Assembly (NCBI RefSeq): GCF_001194135.2
Contig: NC_069001.1
Location: forward strand, 32,315,502-32,351,391
Reading direction: 5' to 3'
Length of the DNA stretch: 35,890 nucleotides
Origin: Octopus bimaculoides
Lineage: Eukaryota
In this document: piece after piece, positions 1-12,122 of the stretch
How positions within the stretch are numbered: the first letter of the stretch is position 1
Layout: each line of letters starts with the position of its first letter
The notes under the pieces: generated by a model
What the model was told of the DNA's origin: nothing
Databases searched by the model: none
Seen by the model: only the letters and a program-made list of their open reading frames with translations
Program-made: the position numbers and the translations under genes

Positions 1-392
1 GTGGACTTAGTGCTTTTTATGTGGCCCAAGTATAGGTGAGGTCAGTTTTGGCAAGGTTTTTACAACTGCCCTTCCAAAAGTCAACCACTTTACAGTGTGG
101 ACTGGATCCTTTGTAAGTGGCACCTGCAATGACAGAGTCACCAAGTAACTTGTAAGACGAAAATCTTTTGCAAGGGGAGGGGGCATTGGAGGAGGTGATC
201 TTATGTCAGGTGATGAAAGGTTATAGTGAGACAGATGCCTTGCTGTACAGGAGGTACAAGGTTACCTGGCTGGAGAGAGAGATCAACAATGAAGACAGAC
301 ACAGGTGTGCTGCCGCAAAGGAGGTATATGCTTACCCAACCTGAGGGGAGAGAAGGAGAGAGAGAGAGTGGGTGACAGCAGGATAGAGATGG

Positions 393-492
393 NNNNNNNN
401 NNNNNNNNNNNNNNNNNNNNNNNNNNNNNNNNNNNNNNNNNNNNNNNNNNNNNNNNNNNNNNNNNNNNNNNNNNNNNNNNNNNNNNNNNNNN
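393..492. other. Assembly gap (100 N); hides the 5' part of ZNF-1
   Basis: Run of N. ZNF coding sequence starts mid-finger immediately after it. Confidence 0.99.
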
Positions 493-1161
493 GATATCTG
501 TGGTAAATCATTCTCTACGAATGGTAACTTAAATAGTCACAAGTTTATTCATGCTGAAGAGAGACCATGCCAGTGTGATATCTGTGGTAAATCCTTCCCT
601 TGCATATCGTCCTTAAGTAAACACAGAAGTATTCATACAGGAGAGAGACCATGCCTCTGTCAGATTTGTGGTAAATCCTTCCCAGATAAAAGTAAATTAC
701 AAAGACACATATATATTCATACAGGAGAAAAACCCCATTGCTGTAATATTTGTGGAAAATCATTCTCTCAAAAGAATGATTTAAATAAACACATACGAAT
801 TCATACAGGTGAAAAACCATATCACTGTGATATCTGTGGTAAATCTTGCTCTCAAAGTAGTGATTTAATTAAACATAAGCGTGTTCATACAGGAGAGAAA
901 CCATATCAGTGTGATATCTGTAGCAAGTCATTCTCTGAAGGCAGTGCCTTACATATACATCGACGTATTCATACAGGAGAGACACCATATCACTGTGATA
1001 TCTGTGGCAAATCATTCTCTCACACATCTCCCCTAATTAAACACAGACATACCCACACAGGGGAGAGACCATACCACTGTGAGATTTGTGGTAAATCATT
1101 CCCATATAAAAGTAAATTACAGAGACACATATATGTTCATACAGGAGAAAAACCCGTATGA
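493..1161 (+). CDS. ZNF-1: C2H2 zinc-finger gene, 5'-partial, 8 fingers in frame (not in the ORF track because the start is in the gap)
   Basis: Hand translation from 493: [20 protein letters not shown]...[47 protein letters not shown]...[27 protein letters not shown]. 84-bp periodicity; stop TGA at 1159-1161. Confidence 0.9.
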   Translation, partial: DICGKSFSTNGNLNSHKFIHAEERPCQCDICGKSFPCISSLSKHRSIHTGERPCLCQICGKSFPDKSKLQRHIYIHTGEKPHCCNICGKSFSQKNDLNKHIRIHTGEKPYHCDICGKSCSQSSDLIKHKRVHTGEKPYQCDICSKSFSEGSALHIHRRIHTGETPYHCDICGKSFSHTSPLIKHRHTHTGERPYHCEICGKSFPYKSKLQRHIYVHTGEKPV

Positions 1162-1655
1162 ATTGCTGTAACATCTGTAGTAAATCATTCATTCAAAATG
1201 ATAACTTAAATAGATACATATGGATTCATACCTGACAAAAACCATATTGCTGTGATATGTGAGGTCAATCATTTTCTGACGGTAGTACCTTAATTAAGCA
1301 CAAAAATATTCATACAGGAGAAAAACCATATTACTGTGATATCTGTGGTAAATCATTTTCTAAAAGTCATACCTTAACTAAGCATAAACGTATCCATACA
1401 GGAGAAAAACCATACCAGTGTGACATCTGTGGCCAGTCATTCTCCAGGAATGGATATTTAGCTAAGCACAAACACATTCATATTGATGAGAAAACATATC
1501 ACTGTGTTATTTGTGGCAAATCATTCTCTCAAAGTAATGAGTTAGCCAAACACAAACGCACTCATACAGGCGAACAGCCATATCATTGTGCTATCTGTGG
1601 GAAATCATTCTCTCAAACTAACGACTTATACAGACACAAACGCACTCATACAGGT
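1162..1655 (+). pseudogene. Out-of-frame tail of ZNF-1: 6 more fingers (2 with stops, 4 intact-looking)
   Basis: Frameshift at about 1156-1163, in-frame TGA at 1233 and 1260, then [84 protein letters not shown]. Confidence 0.88.
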
Positions 1656-1807
1656 GACAGCCAGGTAGACTACTCAAGTTACTGTGTTTTGGCAGGGTTT
1701 TTGTGGCTTGATGCCCTTCATAACACCAACCACTCTGCTGTTGCATGTACTTCCAGATGAACTTGCAAGAATTTGGTCAGATGTGGCTGTTATAAAAGAC
1801 TTACTGA

Positions 1808-1883
1808 AGGTGCTATGCAGTGGGACCGAATCCAGGGAAACCTGGTTCAGAAGCAAGCTTCTTAAGTAGACAGCTACTCCTGT
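1808..1883 (-). mobile_element. SINE family A head fragment
   Basis: Reverse complement aligns to the head of the full copy at 12372. Confidence 0.7.
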
Positions 1884-1900
1884 AAGTATTCCTTATATAT

Positions 1901-2057
1901 NNNNNNNNNNNNNNNNNNNNNNNNNNNNNNNNNNNNNNNNNNNNNNNNNNNNNNNNNNNNNNNNNNNNNNNNNNNNNNNNNNNNNNNNNNNNNNNNNNNN
2001 NNNNNNNNNNNNNNNNNNNNNNNNNNNNNNNNNNNNNNNNNNNNNNNNNNNNNNNNN
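1901..2057. other. Assembly gap within a TA/TG microsatellite
   Basis: Run of N flanked by TATAT and GTGTGTATG. Confidence 0.99.
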
Positions 2058-2282
2058 GTGTGTATGTATGTATGTATATATATTCACCATTGTCATTGTA
2101 ACGTCTACTTTTCTGTGCTTGCATGGCTCTGAGGAGAGTGTTAGAACACTGCTCAGCCCAGGAATTGAAACCACGATCTCACTATAACCTCTACAATTAA
2201 ATAAACCAAAAAAGAAAAATTATATTGTTTTTTTTTTTTCTTTTATTACATTTCTCTTCTTGACATGAAACTTTTTTTTTCC

Positions 2283-2720
2283 TTTTAGGGATAGCTTCCT
2301 CTCAGCCCATTGCTGAGTGAGAGTCACCACCCTACTCGTTATCTTGTCCCAGTTCTTCTCCATTTGGAGGAACCAGACCCCAAACAATTTAAGCAATCCG
2401 ACGGTCCGGCGTCCCACGATGGAGACACTGTTGGACGGCATGGGCTTGCTTCTCCTGGTGCCAAGCCGCAAGCCCACTGACTTTTCCTGGTTAATTTTCG
2501 CTCTCGTTACCACTTCGTATTCTTTTAGTGTCTTGCCGACCAGGTCGATATAGCTGTGGCTAGAGACTATGACGGTGACATCGTCCACGTATGAAGACGT
2601 TCTTGTGGGATGCCTCTCAGCATCGCCAGCTTCCACAGTAGTGGCTTGGGAGTCAATACCTACAGAAGCAACAAGAGGGGGCATCCTTGACGGACTGAAC
2701 GTGCAGTTTCAAATGGTCTG
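2283..2720 (-). mobile_element. Non-LTR retrotransposon reverse-transcriptase fragment, Tx1/L1-like, frameshifted
   Basis: VRQGCPL at 2695-2675 in one frame; YVDD (2591-2580), AKINQEKSVGL, FGVWF and WAERKLSLKGK in ORF 2220-2684. Confidence 0.88.
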
Positions 2721-3088
2721 GATAGATGCCCATTTACGCAATTTTTTTTTCAAAATTATAATCTCTGTATTTTTGTACGTATTTCGCTAATAAAATTTCC
2801 GGAAAAAGCGAAAAATAAAGAAATGGGGAAAGGGGGGAATTGAAATTTTGAAGTTGCGATTTTTGAAAGTTTCTTTTTCCAGAATCGGAATCTCCATAGC
2901 CTAGAACATGGGATTTCGTTAAAAAAATCACAAAAAAAATCAAGGGGCAAAGGGTTCCGTTTACATATCTTCCACCTGGACCAAATATTTAACAACAAAC
3001 AGTTTTTTTTTCAATACAAATAAAGCCAACTTACTTGCAGCGATCGATAGAAATACATACTTGCAGCCGATACACACATACGCCCGAC

Positions 3089-3109
3089 TGCGCATGTGCA
3101 ACCGGATAT
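3089..3109 (+). promoter_or_regulatory. Conserved upstream block of ZNF-2 (NRF1-like TGCGCATGTGCA plus ACCGGATAT)
   Basis: Near-identical 21-mer upstream of ZNF-2, -3 and -4; one mismatch to the NRF1 consensus YGCGCAYGCGCR. Confidence 0.6.
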
Positions 3110-3129
3110 TTATTCCCGATACTAATATT

Positions 3130-3340
3130 GGTTTCTAAGTTTGACACAACGCCAGCAATTTCGGGGGAGGGGTTAAGTCGATCACATCGATCCCAGTACT
3201 CAATTAGTACATATTTTATCGAGCCCACTGGAGGAAAGGCAAAGTCAACCTCGGTGGAATTTGAAATGTGAAGGTAAGGACACGAAATGCCGCTGAGTAT
3301 TTTGCCGGTCTTACAAACGATTCTGCCAGCTCGCCGCCTG
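3130..3340 (-). mobile_element. SINE family B
   Basis: Reverse complement begins GGCGGCGAGCTGGCAGAATCG and aligns to copies at 19870 and 32180. Confidence 0.8.
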
Positions 3341-4595
3341 ATCCGATGCTAATATTGACTAATTAATCCCTGATGGGCTTCTGACTTTAATGAGTGCATA
3401 TAATGACACAAGACTAACATTACTGACTTCTTAATAATACGAGGTATTTTGCTTAATGTTCTTCTCTCCATTCAATAGTTTTTCTTTTCGCTTTCCTTCA
3501 TATAACTTTTGGTGAATGTGACGAATTAAGGCTTAATTTCAAAGATATGAGGAATGTATAATAAAAAGATGATGGTTTTTACTTGACATAGTGAAATGAA
3601 ATCGAATCATTGTTTACTACGTTCGTGATATTACAATGATCAGAAACATCGGAAGTTCATAATTACTATTATTATTACATCTTACAATTAATGTTTTACC
3701 TTTAGGGCGGTATTGAATTAATTGCTTGTAATTATATTTGAATTGGGATTTTTTTTCTTCCTCTACTACACATGGTTTTACGATGGAAATATTATTAACT
3801 CTTAAATATTGTTGCATCGTAAAATTGTGTTGTTGATTTTGTTTTGGAATGCAAAAGAAATATTGTTTACTACGGGGAGAAAATATTTACATTTTAAAAG
3901 CATGCGTATAAGGAGAATACAGAAAAAATGCAGTACAGTAACTTGCATGTACTTGTTCTGCTCTGTCTGAATTGACCTGGGGTTAAAGAGTAATTGACCT
4001 ACGGTGAAAGACCTTCCTGGACAGAAAGCCCCATGTCCACTACTTTGTAATTTAAGATAAATAATTTGATCGTGTTGCTGTAGTCTATGATGTATAGACC
4101 TTACATGAGATGTAATTTTAACAAATTTAAAGTTCAAATGTCGACGTAAATGTTTACATTTACAGTTTATCAATATAGAAATATAGTAAATTTTCCATCT
4201 CTGAAACTACTTTTAAAATCCGGTATATCTTACACCGTTTCTCTATTATTTCAGAAATATCAGATGACATTGGCATACAGGTATATCATACTTCAGATGT
4301 ATCATCGATATTTATCATCATTTAAAAAGAAAAAAGAAGTTGCTACACGGAATGGATATAATCCCGTTTCTATGAAATCTGAGAAAATTGGTGAGATCAT
4401 TAGTAAGGTTTTACTACTTAACTGCCTGAAATATGTTCAAGAGTAGGTTATGTTCTAATTAAAGTTGGACATTATTACGAAAGAGTTTCCAGTATCTTCT
4501 ATCATCAGCGAGGATCACGTTCCATGGTAGTATAGCAGTAGAAATAATTAAGAAAATACAAGAACAAGAGGGGAAGTGGTCAGAGAAGAATAATT

Positions 4596-5795
4596 ATGGA
4601 AAGTGAATACTCTAAGAATCCAATTCAAATCAAAACAGAGTCTGCGAGTATTGATAGTTCTGATGAGATGCAAAAAGAGACAGAAAAAACGTCATACTTC
4701 TGTAATGTGTGTAAAAAGACATTCTCTCAAAGACGTTGCCTAATTGAGCACAAGCTTATTCACACGGGACGAAAACTATATCATTGTGACATTTGTAGTA
4801 AATCATTCTCTAAAAGTAGTACCTTAAACACACACAAATGTATTCATACAGGAGAGTCACCATATCACTGTGATATCTGTGGTAAGTCGTTCTCTAGAAG
4901 TGGTACATTAAATATACATAAACGCATTCATACAGGAGAGTCACCATATCACTGTGATATCTGTGGTAAATCCTTTTCCACAAGTAGTAAATTAAATACT
5001 CACAAACGCATTCACACTGGTGAGAGACCATATCATTGTGATATCTGTGGTCAATCATTCTCTGAAAATAGTACCTTAAACAAACACAAATATGTTCATA
5101 TAGGAGAGAAGCCACATCAGTGTAATATCTGTGGTCAATCATTTTCTGTAAGTAGTACCTTAAACACGCACAAACATATTCATACAGGAGAGAGACCATA
5201 TCATTGTGATATCTGTGGTAAATCATTTTCTAAGAGTTGTAATTTAAATAGTCACAAACGCATACACACAGGAGAAAAACCATATCACTGTGATATCTGC
5301 GGCAAATCATTTTCTAAGAGTTGTAATTTAAATAGTCACAAACGTACACATACAGGAGAAAAACCATATCACTGTGATATCTGTGGTAAATCATTCTCTG
5401 AAAATGGTCACTTAAATTCTCACAAACGTATTCATACAGGAGAGAAACCATATCACTGTGATATATGTGGTAAATCATTCTCTGAAAGTGGTAATTTAAA
5501 TTCTCACATGCATATTCATACAGGAGAGAAACCATTCCACTGTGATATCTGTGGTAAATCATTTTCTAAAAGTAGTAACTTAAATAGTCACACACATATT
5601 CATACAGGAGAGAGACCATATCATTGTGATATCTGTGGTAAATCGTTTTCTAAAGGTAGTAACTTAAATAGTCATAAGCATATTCATACTGGAGAGAAAC
5701 CATATCACTGTGAGATTTGTGGTAAATCATTCCCAGTTCCATGTAAACTAAGAGCACACAAATATAATATTCATACAGATGGAAAACCATATTGA
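4596..5795 (+). CDS. ZNF-2: 399-aa C2H2 protein, 35-aa leader plus 13 fingers
   Basis: 13 C-x2-C-x12-H-x3(4)-H units with TGEKP-type linkers; ATG context AATAATTATGG shared with ZNF-3 and -4. Confidence 0.95.
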   Translation: MESEYSKNPIQIKTESASIDSSDEMQKETEKTSYFCNVCKKTFSQRRCLIEHKLIHTGRKLYHCDICSKSFSKSSTLNTHKCIHTGESPYHCDICGKSFSRSGTLNIHKRIHTGESPYHCDICGKSFSTSSKLNTHKRIHTGERPYHCDICGQSFSENSTLNKHKYVHIGEKPHQCNICGQSFSVSSTLNTHKHIHTGERPYHCDICGKSFSKSCNLNSHKRIHTGEKPYHCDICGKSFSKSCNLNSHKRTHTGEKPYHCDICGKSFSENGHLNSHKRIHTGEKPYHCDICGKSFSESGNLNSHMHIHTGEKPFHCDICGKSFSKSSNLNSHTHIHTGERPYHCDICGKSFSKGSNLNSHKHIHTGEKPYHCEICGKSFPVPCKLRAHKYNIHTDGKPY

Positions 5796-6650
5796 TGTAA
5801 TATTTGTGGCAAATCATTGTCAAAATGCTCACTTAAAGCAAGCACTTACAGATTGATATGGGAGAAAAACCATTTCAGTGTCATATTTCTGGTAAATCTT
5901 GTTCTACATAGCAATGACTTAATTAAACATAAGCGTGTTCATACAGCAGAATAACCATTTCACTGTGACATCTGTCAAAAATCCTATTCTAGTAGTGGTG
6001 TGTTAAATATTCATATACAATTAAAACCATTTCACTATTTTACCTGTGGTTAATCATTTTCTGGAGGTTGTACCTGAACTAAGCATAAGTAATCTCAGGC
6101 AAGTGGGTGGCCATATCAGTGTGATATCTGTGGTAAATCAATTTCTGAAAGTTAGCATAGATATATTCATTCAGCAGAGAAACCACACCATTGTGATGTC
6201 TGTGGAAAACCTCTCAAAATGTTAACTTAGCTCTACACAAACATACTAGGACAGGTTGAAAGCCACATCTGTGAGAAATCATTCTGTACCAATTGATACT
6301 TAACTAAACATCAATATATTCATACAGGAGTGGGACCACATGCCCATGATGTTTACTTTAAATCATTCTCTCCTGATGGAGTTTCAATTATATACAAACA
6401 CACGCATACTGGTGAGAAGCCATATTTGTGGAAAACTTTTCTTTCAAAATGTCAACTTCGCTCTACACAAACATACTAATAAGCTATATCAGTGTGACAA
6501 CTGTGAGAAATCACACTCTCAAGTAAGTATCTTATCTAATTTCAAATACGTTCACAGAACAGAACAAAAGCTGTACCTTTGTGATATTTGTGGTAAATCA
6601 TTCTCTAGGAATTTCGAAGTAACTAAACACAAATGTACTTCACACTGTGG
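5796..6650 (+). pseudogene. Decayed finger tail of ZNF-2 (about 10 units)
   Basis: Finger remnants with stops and frameshifts, e.g. DLIKHKRVH at about 5917-5943 and [21 protein letters not shown] in ORF 6340-6687. Confidence 0.85.
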
Positions 6651-7780
6651 TATCTGTAGACACAAAAAAGATGTTATAACAATATAAGGGTATTCTAACA
6701 ATACATTTTATATATAACTACAACTGGTGAGGTTACTGATTTTTGTACTTCTACTAATGATAGGGATGATATCTTTAATAGTGGTATGACATAATCAACA
6801 TATTTTGCTGCTGTGTGGAGGTTTAGAATCACAGGTATATGTTTTGTTAATCAAGTATTCAGTTGCTATCTCCTGTTGTTGGAGAGCAAATGTTTAGCCT
6901 TCTAGATGAGATATAATGTCATGTCCAGGAGAGGCTACTATTCCAGTCAGTGTTGCTAACATTCTCTAGCTTTTCCATGTTTACATGGGTCAGATGGAAT
7001 TTGTTAAGGCAGATTTTCTACAGTTGGATACCCTTTCAGAAGACTGGAAATGAACAACATTGCTTGTGTGACAATGATGCTTGTTTACAGCTATCATAAG
7101 CTTCTTAAGCAGACAGCTGCTTCTGTGCCTTTTCTTATATATATGAAAAAGGGACAGAAATTGAAATAAAATCATTCGAAACCAATCAAGTTTGCTCACT
7201 TTGGTTGTTAATAAATCAACTGTCAGTTAAGTACATTTTGAAATCTGATGATTACTATGAACATATGAAAGTGCTAATTGAACTTAACATTACAAAATAT
7301 TTTTTAATGTTAAAATACCATAATAAAAAATGTGAAAAATAGACCATGTCTTTACTTTATTAAACTGATTATATTTATATATATATATATATATATGTAT
7401 GCACCATCATTGTTTTAACATCTTTTTTTTCCATGCTTACATGACTAAGAGAAGAGTGTCAGACACAAGTTTCTATGACTGGAAGTACTTCTTGTTGCCA
7501 ATTGCATTTCTTTCTGAATGAAATAATAATTTCCCAGTCTATCAAACAACAAACAGCTTGAACATGTTTATGTGTAGAAACTAAAACAAAGGACATTGTA
7601 TGGATGAGCTTTTTATTTACAATGATGGTACATGTCACGACATAAAGAAGCAAGGTCATACATTCATAGTGGGCTGCAAGCAAACCAACTCCATCAGAAA
7701 GGCCATTGTTCACAATCAGTGAATGCATATGCAAACAAGGCCGATTTCAAATAACTCACACATATATATTAGTATTAACG

Positions 7781-7860
7781 GTAGAAGACACTTGCTCAAG
7801 GTGCCACATATTGAACCTGGAACCATGTGGTTGGAAAGCAAGTTTCTTACCACACATAGT
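7781..7860 (-). mobile_element. SINE family A head fragment
   Basis: GTAGAAGACACTTGCTCAAGGTGCCAC...GAACCATGTGGTTGG, the reverse of the head at 12372. Confidence 0.75.
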
Positions 7861-8164
7861 ACTTTTCAAATGGTGTAGATTAAAATCTGTATTGCAAATA
7901 CATGAGGAAAAATTAAAAGACTACGTGGGGGGTGCATTCATACATACTGACACACATCACAGCTGTCTTCAACATTTCAAGTTTCATTTTATATCAATGT
8001 TAGTGATATGTGTTACTGTGCATGTGTACATGCTCACATTTTTTTTCCCCACATTAAATTCCAAGATAATCATAATTTACTCTCAAGTGAACTAGTAGAA
8101 AATGTCATTGAAAAATCCGTATTTTTACAAAAGCTATAAAGAAAGAAATTCTGGTTGAGGGGGA

Positions 8165-9360
8165 CACGTAGATGAGTCATGAACCTTTCCTCTAACCAAG
8201 AGATTTTTGACGTTGCAGCCCCTACTATAATGAGGCACTAGCTGCTAGTGAGTTTAGGGACTGCATCCCCTACATGCCAGGCCCTAACACCCACAGAAGG
8301 AAGTATTGCAGAAATATAATTTCGTTTGCCCCTCTCCCTCAACATAGAAATGTGTGTAGTTAGGATATTCCTTAGGCTAGTAGATAAGTACTTCACATGT
8401 TCATGTAGGTACGGATACATATTCAACAAACACAACCTAAGGGTCTCTTGTAGCAGCGCCCCTAATGTTAAGAACATTCTAGTTAACATTCCTAGGCCAT
8501 GAACGGAGGTGGGATGCTCGTGCACGCACTACAACAGAAGCCCAGTGGCAGGTCGTTGGGAAACCAAGGGAATCATCTATGAAGCTGAGGTGGTAGGAGC
8601 ATCAGCCATGGCTTTTTCAACGACTACTACACTAGCAGGAATGGCAGTGTCAATAACAACCTGTACAGAAATAGCAGCAGCACCATTGAGAACATAAGTC
8701 ACTACGATAGCACCGATAACAGCACTGCCACCGATGATGTCCCCTACACTAGGTCTGAGAGCATCAGCAACAACGTCAACATCAACAAAAAGTGTCGCCA
8801 ACACCCGTACACAGAAATACATCAGATGTTCCAGAAACACCTTCATGCAGTACTTTTCCAACGATAGATCCTCATTCAGGATCCCAGAGAGAAGATACAC
8901 TACGTCATTAGCCAGTCATGTATAGCAACTGAAAATGAAGGAACTCCACACGTAATATGAAAGATCCTAGAAAATCCAGGCCCCTACATCAATGGGATCA
9001 AGCGTTGTAAGCTGTGCATAGCCAAACAGACGAGGATATTAAAAGACTCCTTCGACCCATGGAACATCCTTAACTCCCGGACAGAAGTTTTTGAACCCTG
9101 CTTGCACTTCAGGAAATTCCTTAGGTTCAATTACAGATTGGGGTCAAAGGGAAACAATCCCTTGTAGTTAACATAACGAGTTCTCCCCCATTTTCTAGAG
9201 ATACCATAGGCCAACGGGTTTAGGTTCTGCAGAAACGTTGTAAAGCTAACTGCTTAATGGACGTGAAACCCTGAGAAGCCCCATAGACCGATGATATCTA
9301 TATACTCTACTGCTCTTTAACTTAGAGTGTGCTTCTTTTTCGGATTTATGATTTACTGAC
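8165..9360 (+). mobile_element. Penelope-like element, 5'-truncated: RT C-terminus/linker, GIY-YIG endonuclease and 3' non-coding part
   Basis: NLSSNQEIFDVAAP-YNEAL, RNIISFAP, FLRLVDKYF, IFNKHNLRVSCSSAPNVKNI, CSC...GIIYEAEV, KYIRCSRNTF...DRSSF, TSLASHV*, RPYINGIKRCKLC, LNSRTEVFEPCLHFRKF. Several stops and frameshifts. Confidence 0.88.
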
Positions 9361-9929
9361 GATATATATATATATATATATATAAGCCACACACACATAT
9401 ACATGTATATGTTTTTTTTTTCGTTTATATAACATACATACACTCAACTGCGCGAATAAATACACACACGTGTATATTCTACATGTAATAATATCCATCA
9501 TATGATGTTTTGATATATGGAGTAACTTTACATTAAAAAGTGGAACGTACAATTTCCAGTAATTCAGACCGATTTATGGTTCCAGCAGACAAAATGCATC
9601 TTGGGGGATAATGTGGGAGATGCGCTGCAACAGCCACTTCGATTCACGGCGCTTCCACATCGGAGGGCCATTTCCCCAGCCACAGGCCTTACCTTGAACC
9701 TGCCAGAGAGCGACCGATATCTTGACAGTTCGCTTTTCTTAGTCTGACGAACAGTGGAGACTGGACCAGTAGCTCAACATAGCAAATTGTTGCTTGTGTC
9801 ACAGCATGTGGAATCCCAGATGAAGGCGACCTACCGTTAGGGAACGGGAAAAACTGTCACACACCGACAGGACTTTTCCTGGGACCTGGGTCTTAAGACG
9901 AGGAAATAACTTTCACTGACATTTCACAC

Positions 9930-9950
9930 TGCGCATGTGCAACGGGATAT
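9930..9950 (+). promoter_or_regulatory. Conserved upstream block of ZNF-3
   Basis: TGCGCATGTGCAACGGGATAT; 20/21 identical to the ZNF-2 copy. Confidence 0.6.
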
Positions 9951-10919
9951 TGATTTCCGCCACGATCTCGAAGCATTGGTAATAGAATCACTTTTCAAAA
10001 CAGTCATTTTATTTCGTAAGAAATCATAATTTTCCGACAGAAAAGTACTCATATTTATCCACTATATTATAGTACATATATGACTGTCATCACTAACTTC
10101 TTAGTAATCACTGTGATTAATACGAGGTATTTTCTTAAAGTTTTTCTCTTCATCTTCATTAATATAACTTTTGGTGACATAGTGAAATGGAATGGAAACA
10201 TTGCTATAGATGTGATACTACAGTGGTTACAAACCTCAGAAATCCATAATTTTTGACGATTCCTATACATTATCACATTTTTCAATTAATACTTGTTCTT
10301 TTTTGCTTTTTCTCTTAGGTCTGTCTTTAATTGATTATTTGTAATTTATCTAAATAGGGTTTATTTCTCTCCCGTAGTACACATTCTTTTATAATGGAAG
10401 TATTGTTAATTTCTTAAATTAACTCCGAAACATTGTTAGATCGTTAGATTGTGTCGCTAATTTTGTTTCGAAATGGACACGAAATATTGTCTAGAAAATT
10501 TCAATTTAAAAGCACCTGTATTAGGGGAGGGAAATAACAGATCTTGTATGTCTGCAACGACGTTCTACTCTGAAATAACTTGGAGTTAAACAGTAATCGA
10601 CCGATGATGAAGGACCTTCCTGGACAGAAGGCTCCATCTCCACTATCCTATAGTTTAAAATAAATTATCTGATAGGGTTACTTTTATCTGTGAAGTATAG
10701 AGTTCGCATGAAACTCTTTGATGTAATTTTAATAACAAATTTAAAGTTCAAATGTCGTCATCAATCTTTATGTTTGCATGTTATATTTAAAGTTTCATCA
10801 ACATAAAAACGTGGTATATTTTCCATCGTTAAACCTATTTTTAAGTATCCACTTTATCTTATACAGTTTCTCTATTCTTTCAGAAATATTCAAAACGAAG
10901 TTGTCAGAGGAGAATAATT

Positions 10920-12122
10920 ATGGAAAATGAATTCTGTGAGAAACCAATTCGAATTAAAACAGAGTCTGAAAGCATTGGTTTTCCTGATGAGATGCAGAAA
11001 GAGATAGAAGACACATTATACTCCTGTGATGTTTGTAGTAAATCGTTTTCTGAAAGTGGTCACTTAGATATTCACAAGTGTGTTCATACAGACGAGAAAC
11101 CACACCACTGTGATATCTGTAGTAAATCATTCTCTTGCGAAAGTCAGCTACTTAGGCACAAACGTATCCATTCACAAGAGACAACATTTCACTGTGATGT
11201 TTGTGGTAAAACATTTTCTAAAAGTCATACATTAACTACTCACAAATGTATTCACTCAGAACAGAAGCTATACCAATGTGATATCTGTGATAAATTGTTT
11301 TCTAAAAGTGGTAACTTGAATTCTCACAAACGTATTCATACAGGAGAGAAACCATATCAGTGTGACATTTGTGGTAAATCATTTACTACAAGTGGTGCTT
11401 TAAACACTCACAAACATATTCATACAGGAAAGAAACCATACCACTGTGAAACTTGTGGTAAATCGTTCTCAGTTCCAAGTAAACTAAGGAGACACATATA
11501 TATTCATACTGGAGAAAAACCATATTGCTGTGATTTCTGTGGCAAATCATTCTCTCAGAATGTTGACTTAGGTAAGCACATACGGATTCACACAGGAGAA
11601 AAACCATATCACTGTGATATCTGTGGTAAATCATGCTCTACAAGCAGTGACTTGATTAAACATAGGCGTGTTCATACAGAAGAAAAACCATTTCTCTGTG
11701 ATATCTGTGGTAAATCCTATTCATTAAGCAGTCACTTAAATACACACAAACATATTCATACAGGAGAGACACTATTTCACTGTGATGTCTGTGGCAAATC
11801 ATTTTCTAGAGGTGGGACCTTAAATGCTCACAAACGTATTCATACAGGTGAGAGGCCGTATCACTGTGATATCTGTGATAGATCATTTTCCACAAGTAGT
11901 TCCTTAAATGCTCACAAACGTTTTCATACAGGTGAAAAACCATATCACTGTAATATTTGTGGTAAATCATTCTCTGAAAATAGTAACTTAAATACTCATA
12001 AACGTATTCATACAGGAGAGAAACCATATGACTGTGATATCTGTGGTAAATCATTCTCTCACAGAAGTGCTTTTAACAATCACAAATATGTTCATAATGC
12101 AGAAAAAAAGCAGTTTCTCTGA
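10920..12122 (+). CDS. ZNF-3: 400-aa C2H2 protein, 35-aa leader plus 13 fingers; vestigial out-of-frame 14th finger to about 12180
   Basis: 13 canonical fingers; candidate acceptor TTCTTTCAG at 10875-10883; [20 protein letters not shown] lies in another frame after the stop. Confidence 0.95.
   Translation: MENEFCEKPIRIKTESESIGFPDEMQKEIEDTLYSCDVCSKSFSESGHLDIHKCVHTDEKPHHCDICSKSFSCESQLLRHKRIHSQETTFHCDVCGKTFSKSHTLTTHKCIHSEQKLYQCDICDKLFSKSGNLNSHKRIHTGEKPYQCDICGKSFTTSGALNTHKHIHTGKKPYHCETCGKSFSVPSKLRRHIYIHTGEKPYCCDFCGKSFSQNVDLGKHIRIHTGEKPYHCDICGKSCSTSSDLIKHRRVHTEEKPFLCDICGKSYSLSSHLNTHKHIHTGETLFHCDVCGKSFSRGGTLNAHKRIHTGERPYHCDICDRSFSTSSSLNAHKRFHTGEKPYHCNICGKSFSENSNLNTHKRIHTGEKPYDCDICGKSFSHRSAFNNHKYVHNAEKKQFL

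Noticed and set aside
4150-4446. 98-aa ORF upstream of ZNF-2 as a separate gene
   Set aside because: Starts in probable intron sequence, crosses a candidate acceptor, has no recognisable domain, and is not conserved at this length upstream of ZNF-4.
4700-5790. Regular 84-bp repeat with variable inserts, superficially CRISPR-like
   Set aside because: It is the C2H2 codon repeat; eukaryotic context and no cas genes.
5793-5955. A-to-I read-through of the ZNF-2 TGA to restore the tail
   Set aside because: Frameshifts follow within one finger, so read-through would not recover intact fingers.
6340-6687. 115-aa ORF as a fifth ZNF gene
   Set aside because: Chance frame through the decayed ZNF-2 tail; no leader or promoter block.
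7245-7280. CTGATGA...GAAA spacing resembling a hammerhead
   Set aside because: Stem II does not close and stem III is not palindromic; expected by chance in AT-rich DNA.
11445-11675. SKLRRH and SDL helices recall CTCF fingers
   Set aside because: Order, number and linkers do not match CTCF; short helix matches are common among C2H2 fingers.
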